A stretch of DNA of 62,270 bases, the filler included. It is 10 parts of 10 records of this genome, joined end to end, with 100 filler letters (N's around TTAATTAATTAA, not from the genome) between each part and the next. Parts side by side here need not be neighbours in the genome. Positions count along the whole stretch, not along the records: positions 55,016 to 59,006 come from SRR7504441_14777; positions 59,107 to 62,270 come from SRR7504441_14780; 8 more parts are not named here. One strand, written 5' to 3'. The notes beneath the pieces are model-generated. The model was not told the origin of the DNA and ran no database searches. It worked only from the letters and a program-made list of their open reading frames with translations. Position numbers and translations under genes: made by a program. Every line of letters begins with the position of its first letter. Within the stretch, counting starts at the first letter, position 1. Positions 55,896 through 62,270 of this stretch are shown in pieces.

Positions 55896-56297
55896 GAGAG
55901 AATTCGTATCGAATTCCACAACCGCCGGTTTTTTAGGTTTTGTCGTTTTGAGGAAACTGATCGCGTCTCCTCGCATCTGACTTCCTGATGTCCTGTCGCA
56001 CTCGCCAGCTAGTGTTTAGCTGGTTTGTACGCTCGTTGTGCCGCGTCCAGGTGCTCAAGGAGGAGACGGCCTACGCCGGGGTGCTTTTCATGCTTGCGGC
56101 TGCTGCGAGGTGGATGCTCGGACGGCTCGGAGTGAGCCTCCCGTCAACGCTCCGAACATAGCTGCGGCTCGATGAGGCGGACATGAGGCGGATGAGGTTT
56201 CTATAATAATCTTGAAGAAACGCGCACAGTTCTCATCAATGATTTTAATTAATAACACGCAATCTAAACGAACTCGGTTCGAACCAGAATCTCGAGA

Positions 56298-57323
56298 TCA
56301 ATCCAGCGCGCGCAAGGCGGCTAGCAGCTCCAGTCCACCGTCACACACATTGTTCAATTCCACCATATTCACCTGACCCGTCGGGATCCGGCCTTCTCTG
56401 ATCAGCTGGGTCACCATTCCGTTGAGACCCGACCGTTGCTCGTCTTCTATCAGCGACGAGCCGTGCAGCTCGCCCACCACCACGCTGTCCGCCGACTCCT
56501 GCCACAGCGCCTGCACCGCATACATCTGACCGCCCGGCGACGGCCCAGCCTGGAGCGTCCTATTGATGTAGCTCAGCATCCGGTCCAACGGCTCTTGTCG
56601 GCTGCTCGAGTCTTTGTAACAGCTATACGTTAAACCGCCTGAGTCCAGTTCGGACCAGCCATCCCGTGACCTAGCCACCGCCGCCTCCAGCTCCGCAGTG
56701 CTGAGCGAGCCGGACAATTCGCTCCACTCAAACGGGTTGAGCGACCCCATCCCGGCGCAAGTGATGCTAGGGTCCCAATTAGAGGCCCAGCAGTCGCTGA
56801 CAGCCAGCACCGCCCCGCCGCCCGGCAGCCTGGCCTTGGCGGACGCTTCGGCGACGGTGAGACTGTCCAGCTGGGAGCATTCCGTTACATACTCAATCCC
56901 GTGCTTCCCGAACAGCCCAGCCACCGCCGCAGCGCACCCGTCCCCGCTGCAGTGGCTCACCGCGAGCACGACCAGTTCATCCGGGCCGGTCCCGTCGGCC
57001 CCGGCCCAGGCCACCACCTCGGCCAGCGCGTCGGCCAACAGCACCGGCACTGTCATGTCTCCGTGGTGCATCTGCAGCCGCCCGGCCGCCAGGCTCGGCC
57101 GCAGGTCCAGCGCCCGGGCCCCGCACGTCAGCTGCCGCCCCAGCCCGCCCGCCTGGGTCTTCGCCCAGTTGTTGATCGGGTGGAGCGTCCCACCCGGCAG
57201 GTATCCGGTGGCCGCGTCATGCGCCATCACCATCGGCCACCGGTTGAGCACGGTGCTCCTCGGATCCCGGCCGGCCGCGGCCAGACCGGCCAGCCCCAGC
57301 AGCCAGATCATCAGCCCATGCAT
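56298..57323 (-). CDS. Secreted PI-PLC X-domain (PLCXD-like) phosphodiesterase
   Basis: MAHDAATGY, WAKTQ...QLTCGARALDLRP, MHHG. Confidence 0.78.
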   Translation of the reverse strand: MHGLMIWLLGLAGLAAAGRDPRSTVLNRWPMVMAHDAATGYLPGGTLHPINNWAKTQAGGLGRQLTCGARALDLRPSLAAGRLQMHHGDMTVPVLLADALAEVVAWAGADGTGPDELVVLAVSHCSGDGCAAAVAGLFGKHGIEYVTECSQLDSLTVAEASAKARLPGGGAVLAVSDCWASNWDPSITCAGMGSLNPFEWSELSGSLSTAELEAAVARSRDGWSELDSGGLTYSCYKDSSSRQEPLDRMLSYINRTLQAGPSPGGQMYAVQALWQESADSVVVGELHGSSLIEDEQRSGLNGMVTQLIREGRIPTGQVNMVELNNVCDGGLELLAALRALD

Positions 57324-57406
57324 GCGACTGAGATATAACGGCGAACCGTGTCAATCTCGAGGATGATGTCACTCGGCACGTCGGAGCGGGCGAACAAAGA
57401 CACCAC

Positions 57407-58797
57407 ATGCGGCTGTGGCTAGCCGGACTGGCCCTGACAGGACTGGCCCTGGCCGGGCTCCCGCGCCTCGAGTGCCCCGCCGGGTGCCGGGAGATCTTCA
57501 CGATCGGTGACTTGCACGCCGACGCCCAATGCGCCCGCCGATGGCTGGAGCGCACCGGGCTGGTCCACCTAGATCCGTTATCAGGCGAGCCGACCTGGAC
57601 CGGCGGGAACAGTAGCGGGATCGTGCTGATGGGCGACTATATTGACAAGGGCTTGGCCGGCCGGTCAGTCCTCGAGCTGATCAGAGGGGTCCACCGGGCG
57701 GCCCCGCCGGGGAGCGTGCTGCCTCTGCTGGGCAAGTGAGCGCCCGGGGCCGGCAGCGGGTGAGCCTGGGGCAGCCACGACTTCTACACCCTGCTGGACA
57801 CGTACCTGAAGCCGGGGACTGACCGCCCGATGGGGGTGGAAGTCTCCGAATATTTGCATGCGTTCACCCAGCCGCTCGAGATGTTGAATTGGGCCACAAA
57901 TCAGACCGAGCAGGACCTGCGCGAGGTGATCCCGGCGGTGTACCGGGCGTTGGAGTGGGCGTACGATCGAGGGGCCGAGCGGTCTTTGACTATGTCTCGA
58001 GGGCCACGCAGCCTGCTGGCTGTGGCGCCCGAATTTGCTGCGAACCAGTCGCTGCGGCGGCTTGTGGGTGAGCGCCTGGCGAGCTTGCGGGGCGAGATGG
58101 GCGCGGCGCTGGAGCGGTCTGGGCTGGGCGGCTGGCTCCGGGGGCTGCCGGTGCTGGCGCTGGCGGGAGACGCGCTGGTGGTTCACGGAGGTGATTGCCT
58201 TATTAGGAAAGATGTTAAGCTATGCCATTGCCTTATTCGGACGGGGCAGGGCTGCCGCCCGGCGAGCTGGCCGGCGAGCCGTTAGAGGAGACGTTGCAGC
58301 GGCGGAGCAATAGCGGGCTGTGGGCCGGCTGGGCCGAGGGCGCTGTCGAACCTCTTAGCCTAGGAGGATTCCGGGAGCTGGCTGGGGATGCCGCAGGGCT
58401 TGTCCCGAAGCTGGTGACGCACCGGGGCTATTTTGGGCCGGGCGGGTGCGCCCAAGTGAACCGTGTCGTCGAGAGGCTTGCCGGTGTAGGCGTGAGGCGA
58501 GTGGTCGTCGGCCACACTCCCACTGATACAGACACAGTGCAGCTCCGTTGCGGAGGTCGGCTCGTGGCAACCGACGCGGCGCTTAGCCGTTACTTTAGGG
58601 CGCACGGTAACCGTTACTGCCATCCGGATCGGAAGCCAACAGGGTGGTTCCGAGGGCTTTTGAGCCGGCGACGAGCCTGCGAGCAGAGGGTTAGCCCAGA
58701 GTGCGGAGGCCAGATCGCGAGGATGCACCGGGCGGGCGAGGACGGGCCGTGGACGGTAGAGCGGCTGGAGCTAGAGCGTGGGTCTGACGAGGTTTGA
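57407..58797 (+). CDS. Secreted calcineurin-like metallophosphoesterase (Shewanella-like phosphatase type); introns 57736-57774, 58191-58249
   Basis: GDLHAD, MGDYIDKG, LGNHD (spliced), VHGG, VVGHTP. Confidence 0.82.
58191..58249 (+). mobile_element. Family A-related intron in another contig
   Basis: TTGCCTTATTAGGAAA core plus TGTTAAGCTATG shared with myosin intron 48002-48054. Confidence 0.5.
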
Positions 58798-59399
58798 TAC
58801 AAGGAGCCCTACTGATACAAGGCTACTGTAGTGTAAGCTTAGTTGTTTATGGGTTTATTGAATAGTTAGTCAGTACTACTGACATTGTTTCATTGTGCAT
58901 GTTGGGGTCATAACCTGTCGATCAGCCTGGCCCGCACCACTTCCCCGTCGCTCAGCCACTTTTGCTGCCAGCTCAGCACCTGCCCCCCCCCCCCCCCCCC
59001 CCCCCCNNNNNNNNNNNNNNNNNNNNNNNNNNNNNNNNNNNNNNNNNNNNTTAATTAATTAANNNNNNNNNNNNNNNNNNNNNNNNNNNNNNNNNNNNNN
59101 NNNNNNCGGAGGTCGGCGAGTAAGCGGGAATGACGCCGAGTTCTGATGCGCTCCTATGGCGGTTAGTAGGCGGTCAGAGGTCAGATGAAGAGGCTTAGTG
59201 ATCGGATAGTGATCGGATTGATAGTTATGTTGATTTCAACTAAACTTCGACCTCGATAATCTATGACAATTTCTACTCAAGAGAAGCTGGCAACCAGCAA
59301 CTACCAAAATCACACCAGCCGCATCGACCAAAGCTCGCGATCAGAACTCGAGATCGTTCGGATCAAGCCCACTGGCAGTCAGCCCACTGGCAGCTAGCT

Positions 59400-60686
59400 C
59401 GTCCTGGTCCTCCCTCAGCGACATCATCTCCGCCATAGCCAGCTTGCCTACCCCCCCTACTCAGCAACAGCCTATGACCACAGCCACCTTGGAGCAGCCA
59501 CGGCCCAGTCGGTCGCCGCCTGAGCGGCCCGCCGCCCCACCAGACTTGCTGCTGCCTCCTGGGACTCCTCCGCCTTCTCGGGCTCTTGCTCCTCGACAAG
59601 CTCAGCTGCTGCTGCACCTTCAACACAGTCACACCCGGCAGCCATCTAGGCCGTCACCTGCGCGCTCGCTCTCCTGGCCTGTTCTACGCGCCTCTCTGCT
59701 GAAGCTACTCGCTCAGCCGCTCGCCGCCCGGCTGCAATCTGTGTCGCTTCCGCCGCCTGTCGAGTGCTGGCTGCTAGCTGCCGCCACCCCCTGAAGCTCT
59801 CGGATACCAGCCGGGTCTGCACCATCCACTGCACCCCTTCGCTCACAGACTCCAAATGCCCTTCCCTTGACCATTCGTGGGCCTGGGCAGCCGCCGCCCG
59901 CCTCGCCAGCATCGCGCCGCGCTCCGCCCTCGCCACCCGTGCCGCCGCCCGCCGCGCCTCGATCAGCCGCTCCGCCTCCCTGCTCGCCATCGCCGCCCGC
60001 CTGGCCCTGGCCTCGGCCTCGGCCTCAGCCGCTGATTTGGCCGCGGCCTCCGCCAGCCAGGAGCTCTCGCTCATCTGCACTTGCCTCCCTACTTCTTCCA
60101 TCCATCTGCGCGCGTCCGCCGTCTCCGCCAGATACGCCGCCGCCTGCTCGGCCCCCGTCGTCCGCCTGGCCGTCGCCGGGCGCGCCGGGGCCTCTATTTC
60201 CCGCCACTCCAGTTCAAACCCCTGCGCCGGAGCCGGAGGCAGCGGGGGGCGCGGTGAGGCGGTGGGTGCGGTGAGGGCCACAGCGGACCACTTGGTGGCC
60301 TCGGCCGCCCGTTGCTTCTTCTGCTGGATCCAGGCATCATAACCTGCCTCCCGACCGGCCGCTCGAGCCGCCAGCTTGGCCTCAGCCGCCTCCTGCTCCG
60401 CCCGCTCCATCCGCGCCTTGGCCGCGTCTAGTGCCGGGCCGGACGGGGGCTCTGGGGCGGGCTGGCTGTTCAAGGCCACCCAGCTCCGGGCCTCGGCCGC
60501 GATCGCGCCGCCCAGATCTGCCGGGCGCTGGGCCCATTCTCGCTTGACGGGTCGCTCCTCCGCCAACTGGCGCGGCCCCGCCCGCCCGCCGGCCGCCCGG
60601 GCCAGAAACCTCACCCGGGCCTCCCCGCGGTTCGGGCTCGGCCGCGGATCGGCCCACCGCCGGTGTGCACCCTCCGCGCCGTCCAT
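59400..60686 (-). CDS. Ala/Glu/Arg-rich coiled-coil hypothetical protein (3' end uncertain)
   Basis: Long helical ORF divergent from truA. Confidence 0.45.
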
Positions 60687-60746
60687 GACTCGCGCGACGC
60701 TCCGTGCTCGTGGCGCCAACCCGCACGATCCAACTGCCGCTCGAGG

Positions 60747-61973
60747 ATGGACAGCGAGGGGTCTGGTGGTGGGAAGAGGGACGCTGAGGCGGCGGGGCTG
60801 CTGGCCCGGGCCGAGGCGACGGCAGCGGGGCGGGCTGGGGCTGAGGGTGGGGGGCAGGTGGACCCGGCCAAGTGGGGCGCCATGTCCCAGAACGCCAAGA
60901 AGCGGCTGATCTCAAAGCTGCGCCGGGTGGCCTCCTGGTGCACCCAGGGCTGAGCTGGGCTGCAGATGGAGGAGCGGGCGGCCCCGCCCCCGGCCCCACC
61001 GAGCTGCGCCTGGCGGCTGGTGCGGCTGCTGGTCGAGTACGATGGGGGCGGGTTCAAGGGGTCCCAGCTGCAGGCCGGGGAGGTCCGTACCATACAGGGC
61101 GCCATCGAGCAGGCGGCCGGCCTAGGGTGCTGGGGCGTGAGCTGGGGGCAGGCGGTGTGCCACCTGACCCACCACCCGGACCCGCGAGAGCTCAACTACC
61201 AGGTATTCAGGCAGCCCTGTGTGGCAGCGCGGCTCACTGTGGCTGCAGGCGGCCTCACGGACCGACGCGGGGGTGCACGCGCTGGGCCAGGCGGGCGGTG
61301 GGCTGCTCCGGGCGGAGCGGGCGCAGGTGGCGGTGCTCAGGGTCCGGTGCGAGCAGTCAGCCGGCCAGCTGCAGCACCAGCTCAACTCAAGACTCCCCGA
61401 AGACCTGGTTATTTATAGCAATTGCACTGTGACCGAAGCCTAATGCTGGGCTGCAGGTGGTAAGAAAGGTAGATTTCCCGGAGGCCGAGTTCAACCCGCG
61501 CAAGGCCAAGCGCAAGTGGTGTGTGAGCTGCTTTCTGGCCCGCTGCAGCGCGGGGTAGGTATCAGTATCAGCTGCACAGAGGCGACACTCGAAGCGCCGT
61601 GCACCGGGGATACTGCTGGAGCGTCGGCAAGCCGTTGGATTTGGAGGCGCTTAAGGCGGCGGCTAGTCACATGGTGGGCCGTCACGATTTTACTTCGTTC
61701 TGTGACCCGAAGGCTGAGGGCGACAGTGGGAGTGAGTGTGACTTGGAGAGCATAGAGGTGCAAGAGCGAGGCGAGATGGTGTTGCTCGATTTCAGAGGGA
61801 ACCGGTTCTTGTATAAGATGATTCGTATCATCGTGGGGACGCTCGTAGAGGTGGCGAGGGGCAAGGTGCAGCCCGAGCAGATTAATAGTATCTTAGAAGC
61901 TAAGGACCGCCAGGGAGCAGGTCCAGCGGCGCCAGGACGAGGCCTCACGCTAATGGAAGTGTCGTACCAATAA
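60747..61973 (+). CDS. truA: tRNA pseudouridine synthase, TruA family (several introns)
   Basis: VEYDGGGFKGSQLQ, ASRTDAGVHALGQ, LNSRLPEDL, GRHDFTSF, GNRFLYKMIRIIVGTL, APGRGLTL. Confidence 0.9.
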
Positions 61974-62270
61974 TCCAATACAACTAATTTTGAAACAGAG
62001 TACTTGCTAGGTGTGTCGCATATCGCACGCCACCCAAGGCTCGGCTACCCTCACTCTGCCGCCTGAGCCTGCGCCCGTCGCTCCTCAGCTTGCAGCTCTT
62101 GCCCTCGTCTTATGAGAGCGTACATCTTCTCTTGGCCCGGGATCACCTGTATTCAGATTACTGGCCAGTCGCCAGCTCCGCTATTACCTTGAAAGACGGC
62201 TTGTCTGCTGCCGGCTTCCCACTGTCTTTGCCAGAGATGAGATCACGCGCAGCGTCCATTTCTGCTGCTG

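Noticed and set aside
58983-59006. Poly-C tracts at contig ends (also ~16531-16543, 42457-42464)
   Set aside because: Probably assembly break points at homopolymers; function cannot be inferred.

Overview
Eukaryotic (protist-like), GC-rich, very compact genomic DNA. The window is ten contig fragments joined by artificial 100-bp linkers (44 N + TTAATTAATTAA + 44 N), so no linkage can be inferred across linkers. About 33 protein-coding genes can be reconstructed by hand. They have tiny (~37-50 nt) spliceosomal introns, mostly without a polypyrimidine tract, and frequent GC-AG ends. Many genes are head-to-head with only ~50-160 bp between start codons. The outstanding feature is a divergent myosin gene (42457-48520), invisible in the ORF track because it is split by ~45 mini-introns. 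These introns fall into recurring sequence families clustered along the gene, with relatives in two other contigs. Family cores match eukaryotic transcription-factor sites: SRF/Mcm1 CArG box CCTAATTAGG, MEF2 box CTAWWWWTAG, Myb YAACGG and homeodomain TAATCC/TGATTTAT. YAACGG also recurs in the tiny bidirectional promoters. This points to an introner-like intron-gain system and/or a distributed intronic cis-regulatory system. Other notable items are a fumarate reductase-flavodoxin fusion ending in SKL, a ZIP/CDF divergent pair and a GNAT-GNAT-methyltransferase fusion. All gene models and counts are manual and unverified by RNA data or database search.
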